Shown here: one piece after another, positions 40,336 through 52,431 of the stretch
Layout of the letters: each line of letters opens with the position of its first letter
How positions within the stretch are numbered: position 1 is the first letter of the stretch
Source of the DNA: Octopus sinensis
Taxonomy: Eukaryota
DNA length: 64,000 bases
Reading direction: 5' to 3'
Assembly (NCBI RefSeq): GCF_006345805.1
Contig: NC_043007.1
Span: 35,278,001 to 35,342,000 of the forward strand
Position numbers and translations under genes: made by a program
Notes under the pieces: model-generated
Databases searched by the model: none
What the model was told of the DNA's origin: nothing
The model's input: only the letters and a program-made list of their open reading frames with translations

Positions 40336-40729
40336 CTAGTAGTATCGCCCGGCGTTGCTCGGTTTTGTTTCGACCCTTTAGAATTGGAGTTTTTGTAAAG
40401 TAAAAATTTTGCATTATGTAGCTTGTTATTCCCTTTAAGTGAACATTTTTCTGGTTGAAATACACCGAAAAATGGCGACACAGCAGTCAAAAAATCGTAA
40501 AAAAAATAGGGATTTTCATAGGAAAAAAGTACCTTTTTGATGTTAATAATTTTTGGTGTTAACATAGTCTGATTTGAATTTTTTCTTCTACGGAATGAAG
40601 AGAAAGCCTTCTTCTATCATACTCTCAATTTTGGTCAACTTACGCCGCAGGGTCTCGGAGGAGATAGTGTTAGTTGAAGGCTACCAAACCTGCCATACAC
40701 AGACAACTTCAGTTATATATATAGAGAGA
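40336..40729 (-). mobile_element. Non-autonomous Helitron-like element, second copy
   Basis: Same 3' CTAG + hairpin end and TCTCTATATATA 5' end as 8087-8481; internal sequence differs. Confidence 0.68.
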
Positions 40730-40989
40730 TATAACAAAAAATTGCTATGCGTCTAATGCAGCCGTATTACAGATGAGAGACTGAATGTATGACGAAACAG
40801 ATTTGTTTTTTGTTTTATTCTTTTCACAAAATAAACTTGTACGGTGCGTCTTATACCAAAGTGCGCCTTATATGCCGGCATATGTGGTATGAGATCTTGA
40901 ACTGAAGCAGAAGGCGAACACAGAACTAACTATAGTGCATGATTATGTATAGCTATAGAAATTATTTTTATTTACGCGCTTTTTTCAAA

Positions 40990-41279
40990 CCTAGCCAGTC
41001 TCATGGGCCCGGTTTCCCGGTTTCTGTGGCGTATGTGTTACCCCCGGCTGGACGGGACGCCAGTCCATCGAAGCGTTGCACAAGAAACAGGAAGAAAGAG
41101 CGAGAGAAAGTTGGGGCGAAAGAATACAACATGTGTCGCCACCACCCCCTGCCGGAGCCTCGTGGAGCTTTTAGGTGTTTTCGCTTAATAAACACACACA
41201 ACGCTCGGTCTGGGAATCGAAACCGCGATCCTCCGACCGCGAGTCCGCTGCTCTAACCACTGGGCCATTACCCCTCCAC
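40990..41279 (-). mobile_element. SINE family C variant
   Basis: rc GGAGGGGTAATGGCCCAGTGGTTAGAGCAGCGGACTCGCGGTCGG..GGTTTCGATTCC. Confidence 0.85.
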
Positions 41280-41814
41280 TTAGCTATAGAAAGAAAGAAG
41301 TATAACCAACACATATTGCCATCTGTAGTTATCACTTGCAAGCGAGTATAACCTTCCTGGTTAAATTTGCCATACTTTTTCTGATTGTTTTAAAACAGGT
41401 GTGGGCAACTTTTTCGAGAAACAGGCTACATGAGGCATGGCTTATCATCAGGTGGGCCGCGCTGCTAAAAAAATTCAAAGTAATTTTTCGTTGTTGTGCC
41501 ACACAGAATGTCATGCGGGCCGCAGTTTTGCTATGATTGTTAACAGTAGTTGTTAACAGACATAGATACTCTCTCAGCACCAGCCCACACTTCCATGAAG
41601 ATTTACTTTCCTCCCTACGATATATTATTCTCTGGAACCACGCACCTTATTTTATAGCTTCTATGAAAAGTATGAAATGGAGAAATCTGTGCAACTATAA
41701 TAATAAGCACATGGTTTTTGTCTTGAAAATCGTGTAATACTTCTGCAATCAAATTAATTTGAAAATTGCTGTTCTAAGCTACTATATGTGAAGAGAAAAC
41801 TATAATTGATGCCT

Positions 41815-41931
41815 ATTATAAAGACATCGATTATAAGAATCGATGTGTTTATAATCGATGGTTATAAAGACATCGATGGGTTATCGATGTGTTTTAACCC
41901 ATCGATTATAAACACATCGACGGGTTATCGT
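41815..41931. repeat. ATCGAT-rich nested palindromic repeat
   Basis: Six perfect ATCGAT (41826, 41839, 41854, 41872, 41883, 41901) plus two variants. Confidence 0.9.
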
Positions 41932-41961
41932 ACTTTGATACTGTACAAACTGAGATCCCCG

Positions 41962-42135
41962 TTGACAGGCATTTCGCCCGTCTTTATGTTCTCGGATGAA
42001 ATTCCGCCGAGGTCGACTTTGCATTTCATGCTTTTGGGTTCGGCAAAATAAGCGACTGTGGAGCATTGGGGTTGATTTAATCGACTTACCCCTCCTCCGA
42101 AATTGCTGGTCTTGTGCCAAAATTTGAAACCATTA
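41962..42135 (+). mobile_element. SINE family A fragment, tail 2
   Basis: AATTCCGCCGAGGTCGACTTTG core. Confidence 0.75.
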
Positions 42136-43134
42136 TTGCAGCTGCAATTATTGTCATAGTTGTATGAGTAGTGCGCTAGAAAATAATAGTTTTTTTTTTC
42201 TGTCTTTCTTTTTAGACAGCTGATTGCGAAACATCAAATGCAATATGCAATGGTAGGAACTGAATATGAAAATGTGACAGAGCAATTTAAAATTTTGAAA
42301 CACCAGGAAAAACTATAGTCTGCAAACTATTAATAGTTAAGGAATTAGAAATCTATAAGAAGTGCAGTTGGGTAAACTATACAATAAGAAAAGATTATTA
42401 GACAATTCAACGCCCTAGTGTTACAAAAGAAGTAGCAACCTTTTGTTTATTGAAGCCCTTGTAAAAGGGGCCCGTGTCTTGCCCTGGGTCTTTAACTCCT
42501 TGATGGAATCGTAGAGATGCCGTCAAGACATATGGAGTGTCTTGGAGACTTACAGAGCCAGCGGAACCCATCCCTCTCTGTATCTGGCCATTGTCGACTT
42601 CTTCCAAAACAGAGAAATTTGGAAAGTCAGAGTAAGGTGATAAGAAGACTCGACCAATGTGTGAGACTGGTTCTTTATTCATCGACCTTCAAATGATCAC
42701 ATGCAAAGTTGTCCTCGGTTGGATTTGACCTCAGAGCATAGAGAGCTGGAATGATTACTGCAAAGCAAACTACAATCTTTTCGAGCACTCTACCGACTCT
42801 ACTAATCAACTACCTAAATGATTGATCGCTTCCATAAAAACAATAAAATGAAGTCGTCAAATGGTTGGAGGAGGGATGATTAATTTCTTAGGGACGCGAT
42901 TGGCTTGAAACACAATAGCTGAATGAGTGCTAATATATTTAATCTGGAAAGCAAACCAAATTAAATTCATCTTAATTACACTTACCTTGAAGTCAGAGAT
43001 ATCAAGAGACTAATGACAAATATCAATGAAATCTGGTCAATATTAAAAGGGGATAACTATGAAATTTTAATCGAGTTAAAAGTTAGTATTATTACTGATG
43101 CAGTGGGGAGATGAAGAGATGAGCTCGCAATCTT

Positions 43135-43305
43135 TTTATCTTTTACTGGTTTCAGTCACTAGACAGCAGCCATACTGGGTCACCGCCTTGAAGGGCTTTA
43201 GTCAGATAGATCGACGCCAGTACTTATTTTTAAAGCTTTATACTTATTCTATCGGTTTCTTTTGTTGAAACCTTAAAGTTACGGCGACGTAAACAAACCA
43301 ACACC
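43135..43305 (-). mobile_element. SINE family B 3' fragment
   Basis: Family B similarity. Confidence 0.65.
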
Positions 43306-43522
43306 TGTTAATTTATTTTATAAAATAAAATATTCATACATGTCAAAAATAATGAATTATATGGGATTTTTTAATTATGAATAAATTAGTTGTCTTTAAA
43401 ACAATTTTTGTTTCATTTAATATGATATTAACATTAGGAAATTAGGCGTTTTCTGTAATATATAAGTACAGGTTACATGGTTTTTGTCTTGAAAATCGTG
43501 TAATACTTCTGCAATCAAATTA

Positions 43523-43891
43523 AAGTCCATCCCCTCCTCACCGTGGTGGGGACGCTGGCAACAGGTAGTGTCAGAGCTATGCCATCGGGAACTTCGGTTC
43601 CTGGTAGGGTCACCCGAGGCGGATTGGTCTGACACCGAGTGGTATTAGGGCCACAACCCAGCAGAGGGGGCTCTGGTGAAAATCCTCGGAGTGTCTGCTT
43701 CGGCAACCGACGGCTCCTCGGTCGTTCTGTCCCTGCGCCTGCGGACAATCTGCGGCAAACAAGATGTCTCCACATGCGGGATTGTTGGGGACTACTTGTG
43801 AAATCCACATATTCCCACGAAACTTCTTCCATGAGTAGAAGAAACCGACTCAACCCGCCCAGGGTGAACGTTGCTATAAGTACAAGTACGT
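43523..43891 (+). mobile_element. 369-bp mini-RTE (5'UTR + ORF start + short tail) with 10-bp TSD
   Basis: TSD AATCAAATTA at 43513-43522 and 43892-43901; CTGGTAGGGTCACCCGAGGC recalls RTE 5'UTRs; ATG 43831 MSRRNRLNPPRVNVA; (AAGTAC)n tail; uninterrupted paralogous site at 41710-41816. Confidence 0.7.
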
Positions 43892-43974
43892 AATCAAATT
43901 AGTTTGGGAATCGCTGTTCTAAACTACCATATGTGAAGAGAAAACTATAATACCTACTTTGCTTTAAGTGGACT

Positions 43975-44830
43975 GTATAGTTTATAAGTTGCAGAGGAAG
44001 TCTGGGATATCATATTTGACGGGGAAACCCACAACAAAACTTTATGTGTAGACACAGAACAGTTCATAAGTTGTAGAGGAAAATCCGGGCTGCTATGAGT
44101 GAGGAGCAAACCCACAACATCAACTTGCTGTGTTATGGTTGGACAGCCTGGTTGATAAGATGTAGAGGCAATTCTGGGCTGCTATGAATGACTGGCAAGA
44201 CCACAACAAAGACTTTGTTAAAGATGGAGAGTATAGTTTATAGGTTGCAGCAGAATTCTAGGCTATCATGTATGAAGGGGTAAACCACGGGGCAAATTTG
44301 CTATGAATGGAAAGTATAGCTGATCAGTTCCAGAGAAATTCTGGGTTGCTAGGAGTGAAATGGAAAAGAAAGAAGAAACATAGCCTGGACAGCAACAAAA
44401 CTTCAAGTCTACAGTAAGTGGAAAAAATTATCAGTGTATCAATGCTACTATGGACAGAGATTATAATTCATAAATTGCAAAGAAACTTCTGGGCTGCCAT
44501 ATATAAAAGAATACCAAAGCACCAACTTTGGACACCTGTCCAAGATAGAGTGCAATGAATTTGAACCTGAAATCATGTAGTTGCAAAGAGAATTTTTTAA
44601 CCAACAGCCATACCTGTGATTATAGTATGCCTGCGGAGGGCTTTAAAAAAATAACTGTGTTGACTTTTCGGAGAAGAAAAACAATACAGAAGTTACTTAT
44701 AACTTATAAATTGAAAAAGTTCTGGGTTAGCATATGTTAAAAAAAGCAAAAAATACAATACCAGTTTTTTGTATGAAAAATTAGCATTGCTGAGAAATTA
44801 CAAAGAAATTTCTGGGTAACTACATAGGAG
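43975..44830. repeat. Degenerate ~82-89-bp tandem repeat
   Basis: Recurring ATAAGTTGCAGAGGAA..TCTGGG motif at ~43981, 44063, 44152, 44237, 44320, 44467, 44703, 44792. Confidence 0.7.
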
Positions 44831-44949
44831 AAGGATGTGGCAAAATTAATGCTGATATGGATGGATAGACTGGCTAAAATGAAGAGTAAGTTTTAAAGAT
44901 TTTACGATTATAACGATGCAAATACGTTAAGTATGATATAGAGACGGCT

Positions 44950-45340
44950 ATTACAGTCTTAATTTCATTAATATTAATATTTCTATTTTTGAAAACCAGT
45001 GGATGTATTCCACTGAATTTAGGTAAATAATCCATCGAAGGTCAGTAGCGACGCCTGCTGGGTTCGGTTGCTCTGCATTGATAAATGGCAAATACCCTGA
45101 AACTAGTCTGCAGATGCCTGACCAGCAAGGGGAAGCGGCTGACCTCCACTGTTCGAAGGTTATCATGGACACAGGTTCGTGTGTCACATAGCTAGCAAGA
45201 GGCGATGGCCTCTTGGAGCTAATCAACGGCAACATTCGTCCTATATTTCTGGACTGCCATATTAGCTTGGCGATAACTATTAATATCCAGTACCGCTGCC
45301 ATAGTCTCCTTCAGAGAGACTTAGAAATATTAATATTTAT
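44950..45340 (-). mobile_element. Probable L1/Tx1-clade ORF2 C-terminal remnant
   Basis: ~120-codon open frame with WILIVIAKLIWQSRN, resembling the AK..IW..RN motif at L1/Tx1 ORF2 C-termini. Confidence 0.4.
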
Positions 45341-46399
45341 ATTTAAAATTCTCTTAGGAAATAGAGGAAATCGCCTGTGCCATATACTAATGGTATCCAG
45401 AATTATTGGTTGGATAATTTAAATTATCTTTGAAACCCAATAAATGTTTTAGCAATGCAAGAATGAATTCTTAATGTATATACCATTGCTATTTTTGGAT
45501 AGTAAAGAGTAAACTTGATTGAAATAAATGATAATAGACCAATCATTGGGCTACAGAGCTCAAAAGTTTACACAAGAATATACCAGTCTATGTGGTTTCA
45601 CAAACAACTTGAAATAACTGTTAATTTTCTTTCAAATCGTTTTGAAAAGTGAAAGGTACATGTGATATGGTTCTAGATATGCTATGCCTTCAAAATAAAA
45701 ATAAAAATGAACGGGATAGTCACAGCTGTAAGGCCTTTGAGTAGGCTGTATTTTTAAATCTTAGCTATCACTCGGTTTCATTTGATGTGAACAATAAAGA
45801 AATCTTTTAACTTTGAGTGTCTCGTTTGTGGGAGGAAACTGTGAAACGAGAAATGACGTCAAACTAATTACAGCACCATTTTAGAAGCAAAACACTCTTA
45901 TTCGTAAAGCATGTTGATCACGTTAAGAGGCACTTCACAGATCTTAAAAGGCAATACTTTGTTTTCACTAAAACGTCAAGACTCCAAAAAGGCCTCTTGT
46001 GATTAGATTTGTTTTTTCAGAACGGATTGTCAAGGAAATGAAGGCTCATGATTTCGAGAAAATGTCGATCGAGTCTGTTTGTACAAAGACTGAATTATGT
46101 CTGAGATTTATGTTACCGACGAAAATGGATACAACCCTCAAATGCAAGAGAATGTCTTATTGAGATGCCGAGAAATATAGAACATTAAGCCAGAGTAAAG
46201 CCATAGGTGTATGTTTAACAAGAAGCACATTTTCCTGCCACATATCTTCGGGTTCAGTCCTACTTCGCAGCATATTGAACAAGTGTATTCTATAACCCTA
46301 GGCTTATTAAAGCCTTCTGAGTGAATTTGATGGCGGAATTTGTGTGGAAGCCTATCGCGCGTGCAGGCGCGCACACACACATGTATGTATATGTATGTA

Positions 46400-46748
46400 T
46401 ATCTTACCTTTTATCTATTTCAGTCATTAAACTGCGGCGCCATGCTGGAGCACCACTTTGAATTTTTTGCCGAATGAATCCACCCCAGTGCTTGTTTTTT
46501 TAAGCCTGGTACTTATTCTATCGGTCTCTTTTGCCGAAACGCTAACTTATGGGGACGTAAACACACCAATACCGGTTGTCAAGGGGTAATGGGAGTACAA
46601 ACGCTGACACACATAGCCATATATACATATATATATATATAAGACGGGCTTATACTCTCAAGTAGAAGACACTTGCCCAAGGTGCCACGCAGTGGGACTG
46701 AACCCGGAACCACGTGGTTGGGAAGCAAGCTTCTTACCATACAGCCGA
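46400..46748 (-). mobile_element. SINE family B
   Basis: Family B similarity. Confidence 0.82.
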
Positions 46749-46758
46749 GTGTACGCTA

Positions 46759-46817
<59 letters not shown>

Positions 46818-47289
46818 TAAGTAGGTGAATGAATTATCCTATGTTTATCGTCAGCATGGAAAATTCGTTTAACCGAAACCTGGGTCGCAAATTCACGTCA
46901 GAAAACACGGTTGAAGCGACCTGTCAAGGGTAGAAATTCCGGGTTCCTGTGTAGAAATTTGTGTGTTGTATATGAATGAATGAAAGAATGGAGTCGAACG
47001 AAGATGTTAACAAAATTTCTTTACTCTCGACATATGTTTCGAAGACAGCATATTTTTATTCCTTCGGAATAAAAATATGCTGTCTTCGAAACATATGTTT
47101 CCAAACCACTATTACGGATAAAAACTCGAAGGGAATGAAAAATAAAAACATTTACCATCTCCTGGATCATGGTTTCTGACTTATTTTAGCAAATAAATAA
47201 GTTGCTAGGCGAAGTCTTTATCAACAGGTACGCCTAGATTAAACATACAAGTACGAGGCAAATCCAGCATGTGCCTCTTGCTTATACTT

Positions 47290-47461
47290 TATAATTTTTC
47301 AAATACACCGCGCAAGCGCAGTTGTTTCTAAGATCTTTATCAACCTGATATTATTAATTATTGATAATTTTTTTTTTTTGGAAAATTGTTCGAAGAAATG
47401 CCGGTATTCTTTTGTTGCCGACAAAAAACTGCGCTTACGCGGTGGATTTGAAAATTTATAA
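47290..47461. repeat. Small MITE-like inverted repeat (~38-bp arms)
   Basis: TATAATTTTTCAAATACACCGCGCAAGCGCAG vs CTGCGCTTACGCGGTGGATTTGAAAATTTATA. Confidence 0.6.
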
Positions 47462-47559
47462 TGTATAAAAATTTATAATGTATAAAAAATTAATGGATTC
47501 CATTTACAGCAAAGTAAATTGGACTAATATGAAATAGAGTATTTCTATCCAAGAACACA

Positions 47560-47882
47560 ACGCACCGCATGGATGAGAAATAATAAAAAGAAATAAAGGA
47601 AGAAAGAAAAAAGAAAGATTGACCGATGAAAGAAGAATAAGGAATGAATGAACGAGTGAGAGAAAGAAAGGACGATAGAAAGTACGAAAAAAGAAAGAAA
47701 GAAAGAAAGAAAGAAAGAGAATGAATGAAAAAGAAAGACTAGGTAAATGAATGAATTAATGGATGAACGAGATTGAACCAATGAACGACAGCGAAAGAAA
47801 GAAAGAATGAATGAAAAATAACAGAAAGAAAGAAAGAAACAAAGAAGAAAGAAGGGAAGAAGGGAAGAAAGGAAAAAAGGAA

Positions 47883-47913
<31 letters not shown>

Positions 47914-48465
47914 GTGCTTAAAGTATTAGAAAAATGGAAGGAAAGAAAGAAAAAACACAAAAGAAAGGAAAATGAAAAGAAAACCAGTAAAAAAGAAGAA
48001 AAAATAAGGAATGAAAGCACTAATGAATAAAAGAAACGAAGAAAGGATTAAATAACAATTAAAGAAATAAAGAAAGAAAGAAAACGAATGTTAGAAAGAC
48101 GAAGAGAAAGGTAAGGAAAGAGAAAAATGAATGAAATAAAGGTTGTTTACTGTTTGAATGATTCAAAGATTGTTGTTATGTTAGTGTAGAGACTGAGATT
48201 GCAATGGTGGACGTTTATGTAAATGTGGCAACATGTAGAAAAAGAAAGAGAAGGAACGGAGGAGGATGAGGATGACGATGATGATGATGATGAGGAGGAG
48301 GAGGAGGTAGTGGTGGAGGAGGTGGAGTAGGAGGAGGTGGAGGAGGAAGAGGTGGAGGAAGGGGAGGTGGTGGAGGAGAAGGTGATGGAGGAGGAAGAGG
48401 AGGAAGAGGAGGAGAGGAGGAGAAGGAGGAGGAAACAACATGAACAAATCAAAGAACAACGGAAA

Positions 48466-48499
<34 letters not shown>

Positions 48500-48560
48500 T
48501 GTAGTAGTAGTAGTGATAGTGGTAGTGGTGGTGGTGGGTGAAGAGAATTAGAAGGTAATG

Positions 48561-48634
<74 letters not shown>

Positions 48635-48640
48635 CATTAC

Positions 48641-48674
<34 letters not shown>

Positions 48675-48773
48675 GTTGTTGTTGTTGTTGTTGTTATTGT
48701 TGCTGTTACTATTATCATCATCATCATCATTATCATCATCATCCTTATGATCATCATGATGATGATGATGATT

Positions 48774-48806
<33 letters not shown>

Positions 48807-48900
48807 CAGCAAAACATAACAAAACAGAAAGAGGAGGGAGGAATAACAACAGCAACAACAACAACAAAAATCACGTTCCATATACTGCAAAACAAAAAAA
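47560..48900. repeat. (GAAA)n purine tract followed by GGA/TAG/ATT/GAT trinucleotide mosaic
   Basis: Direct inspection. Confidence 0.92.
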
Positions 48901-49427
48901 AAATGAAAATGGAAGCCACTAAATAAATAAATAAATAAATAAATATGAACTTCCCTGAGAACACATGAATAAATCAAGATGTAACAGTCGAAATAAATTT
49001 TGAAATGTTGTGAACAGTTCTGTTATTTTTCTTGTCCTTGCAGCAAACTAGAATCTTGAATAAGTATTGTTGCATAATAGAGAAACAGTTATTTTTGCAC
49101 AATTTTAAAAGTTCGTCCGCCATCTTGTATTTTGGTGGTTTGGTTTGGTATGTTTAGACTAAAACACCAATAAGACTAATGCAAATACGTACATATGCAT
49201 ACATACATACATACATACATACATATAGATAAGAGAAAAAAATCTATCAGAAAGGAACTCTATCTCTCTTAAAAATATATCTTTTGATAAGCATAACAAA
49301 TGCGCAACAGGTAAAAAGAACTTTCACCTAATTAAATACACTCTCCCTTACTTAAATTATTTTGTCAGCATTTTCTTCATTTCCTTTTTTTATATATCAC
49401 AACTCGTGTTCCACATCTCCTTTTTTA

Positions 49428-49462
<35 letters not shown>

Positions 49463-49474
49463 ATATATATATAG

Positions 49475-49512
<38 letters not shown>

Positions 49513-49545
49513 ACGTATGTATATGTATGTATATATATACATATA

Positions 49546-49586
<41 letters not shown>

Positions 49587-49587
<1 letters not shown>

Positions 49588-49914
49588 GAATAAGGAGTAA
49601 ATGGAGAGGTAATTAATAAAATTATTTATTAATTATAAAATATGACAACATATCTGACAGCTGTTCCGATTCAGAAATCTTTAGATAATTGATTTATAAA
49701 ATTAAAACCGTTGACGTTTTCATTGCCGTTCTCTCAACATGTATTTCTAATTGGTATAGCCTTACTACCTCTGAAGAGATTCATCTTATAATGATTTTAA
49801 TTTTATAAATTTATTATCTAAAGATTTCTGACTCGAAACAGCTGTCAGAGATGTTGTCATATGTTATAATTGATAAATGATTTTATTAATTACCTCTCCA
49901 TTTCTCCTTATTCT
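49587..49914. mobile_element. Second Penelope-like fold-back remnant with decayed hammerhead motifs
   Basis: ~122-bp inverted arms (49587-49709 / 49793-49914) between (AT)n; CTAAAGA..GAAA-CAGCTG-TC at 49818-49846. Confidence 0.6.
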
Positions 49915-50552
49915 TAAAATTTATATATATATATATATATATGAACCACAGTTTATATGGTTACCTTATAAAGTTTAACAACAAAACCTTATAAGGACCC
50001 CCAAGGGCCATATGGAGCCCAGGGGAGAACCACTGATTTAGACATTACTGCTGCAATTTGATTTTTCTAGATTTATAGATTTATACATCGTCAGTTCGTT
50101 GTTTATTTTTCTTTGTGACTAATGTATGATACCTGATGAGTAATGTATTAATTGTAGTATTGAGCTGTGTTGTGAATATCGCTTCTATCGTCAGCTGTCT
50201 TTCTGTTTTAGTGTGCGAATAATTCTATAAACTATAGATGTGTTGTCTGCTAATGTTTTGCTTTCCTCCATCGAGTTTTTATTTCTCGTTTTGTGTAGCG
50301 AGGTGTAGTGTAATTTCGAATGCTCCTTGTTGTAAGTGCACGGTGAACTAGCGAGAGAGAATGACGTACTTATATAACCAATGAAACAGTTCGAGTCGTG
50401 ATACTTACAACTTTTACTTTTGCACTCTATAAATCATATTGTTATTAAAAGCTGTGTAAAGGTTGGGAACAACTGTACTATAGCCTCGGGCCGACCAAAG
50501 CCCTGTGAGGGGATTTGGTAGACGGAAACTGAAAGAAGTCCGTCGTATATAC

Positions 50553-50642
<90 letters not shown>

Positions 50643-50647
<5 letters not shown>

Positions 50648-51030
50648 TATATAGAAGGAGCTTTCTACAGGACTAGTACTGTTTCATTCAAGAGAAATCT
50701 TCAGGAAGCTATTTAACAAGAATTGTATTAGCATTTATACATTTAGGCAGGTTTAAAGGAGTGGTGGTGGGGGACTTTTTTGGGGTAGTCATAGCGCAAA
50801 ATATCATACTTGGGGGAGTGGTCAAGGAGTCAGTGGTAAGTTAGATGAAGAATAGATAATAAAAAAAATAAAAATAAAAATCAAATAAAAAAATAAAAAA
50901 TAAAAAATAAAAAATAAAAAATAAAAAAAAATATATTAAAAAAAAAAATGTGTGCACATACATACATAAACACAATACACATACACAACACATACGTCCC
51001 CATGTGTGCCTATACATACCTACACTACAC

Positions 51031-51101
<71 letters not shown>

Positions 51102-51262
51102 ACACAATCAAATACAGGCCCATTCCCTAATTTTAATTTTATTATCTTCATTTATTACTTTTGTTTATTACTTTTGTATCTTTGATCGCTAGGGCTAAGG
51201 ATCCTGGCGATGGCAGCATGTCCAATTGTCTGTCTACTAGAAGGCAATTTTATTTTTTATTT

Positions 51263-51296
<34 letters not shown>

Positions 51297-51580
51297 ATCT
51301 ATGCTTTCATCTAACTTACCACTGACTCCTTGCCACTCCCCCAAGTATGATATTTTGCGCTATGCCTACCCCCAAAAAAGTCCCCCACCACCACTCCTTT
51401 AAACCTGCCTAAATGTTAAATGCTAATACAATTCTTGTTAAATAGCTTCCTGAAGATTTCTCTTGAATGAAACAGTACTAGTCCTGTAGAAGCTCCTTCT
51501 ATATAATAAATAAATTTTACTCTGCTATGTATTGAGTACCTTACTTACTGTGGTTAACCCCGGATCAACCCGGGACCTAC
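50643..51580. mobile_element. Penelope-like insert with inverted pLTR arms
   Basis: 50643-~50935 inverted against ~51247-51510; same ends as the 39651 copy. Confidence 0.75.
51444..51494 (+). ncRNA. Type I hammerhead ribozyme motif
   Basis: AGCTTC-CTGAAGA-TTTC(TCTT)GAAT-GAAA-CAG(TACTAGTC)CTG-TA-GAAGCT; 6-bp stem I; predicted cut after 51488; mirror at 50659-50710 has a 1-nt stem I insertion. Confidence 0.78.
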
Positions 51581-51641
<61 letters not shown>

Positions 51642-51994
51642 CGTGTGTGTGTGTGTGTGTGTGTGTCTTCGTGTCTGTGTTCGTCACCTCACCACCGCTT
51701 GATAACCGGTGCTGGTATGCTTACGTCCCCGTAAATTAGTTCGGCAAAAGCAACCGTTAGAATAAGTACCATGCTTATAAAAAGTAAGCACTGTGGTCAA
51801 TACATTCGATTAAAAATTTTTCAATGCGGTGCCCCAGCATGGCCGCAGTCTAATAACTGAAACAAGTAAAAGATATCTATCTATCTCATTATGTATATAT
51901 ACAGACTGACAGACAGGCAGACACACACACATACACACATACACATTATATGTATAGATATACATACGTAATTACATACATATATTTATTTATT

Positions 51995-52290
51995 CATTCA
52001 TTTATTCTCGCTCTACGCCACATCGCCTGTGGACGTCGACTCCAACTCGAGAGCACAGTATGTCTTCCGTTGGAGTTTTCGTGGCTACGGTCTTGGACCA
52101 GCTTCACTGTTTTGTAGCCCATGTTCAGGATGTATTTTTTAAATGAAAAACCACTCATGTGGATGGCCGTTGCCTCAAAATGAGCTCGTTCATCCTCTGA
52201 CAGGTCTTGTTCTTAGTCCTACAAAGTTTCTACAACATCGTCCTCATCTGGCAACCCAGGTCGGGCAGCTGTCTTTTTGGTTTTGGTTTT
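51995..52290 (-). mobile_element. Probable RTE-type LINE 3' remnant
   Basis: Minus frame VKLVQDR.. resembles RTE LAQDR motif; (GAAT/AAAT)n tail; adjacent 53-bp tandem duplication 52296-52402. Confidence 0.4.
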
Positions 52291-52431
52291 TTTTCGCCAA
52301 CCACTCGACCATGAAATGGGTAGTACCGGGTTACAGCAGCAGGATTTTTCACCAACCACTCGACCATGAAACGGGTAGTATCGGGTTACAGCAACAGGAT
52401 TTTCTTTACCTGACCTAAACTGTCTTAACTA

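Larger units (their letters stand above)
50478..51875 (+). mobile_element. SINE B split at its internal microsatellite (5' part 50478-50560, 3' part ~51660-51875)
   Basis: The two halves flank the 50643-51580 insert. Confidence 0.75.

Noticed and set aside
42555-42596. Minus-strand MARYREGWVPLAL mini-ORF recalling protamine P1 start, with GTAAGT donor
   Set aside because: Only five residues match, no Arg clusters; lies in what looks like a retroelement 3' end with AATAAA
43523-43570. Complete HDV-like ribozyme at the extreme 5' end of the mini-RTE
   Set aside because: CCTCCTC and GCTGGCAAC resemble HDV segments but P1/P3/P2 could not be assembled in the right order; kept only as an open test in findings
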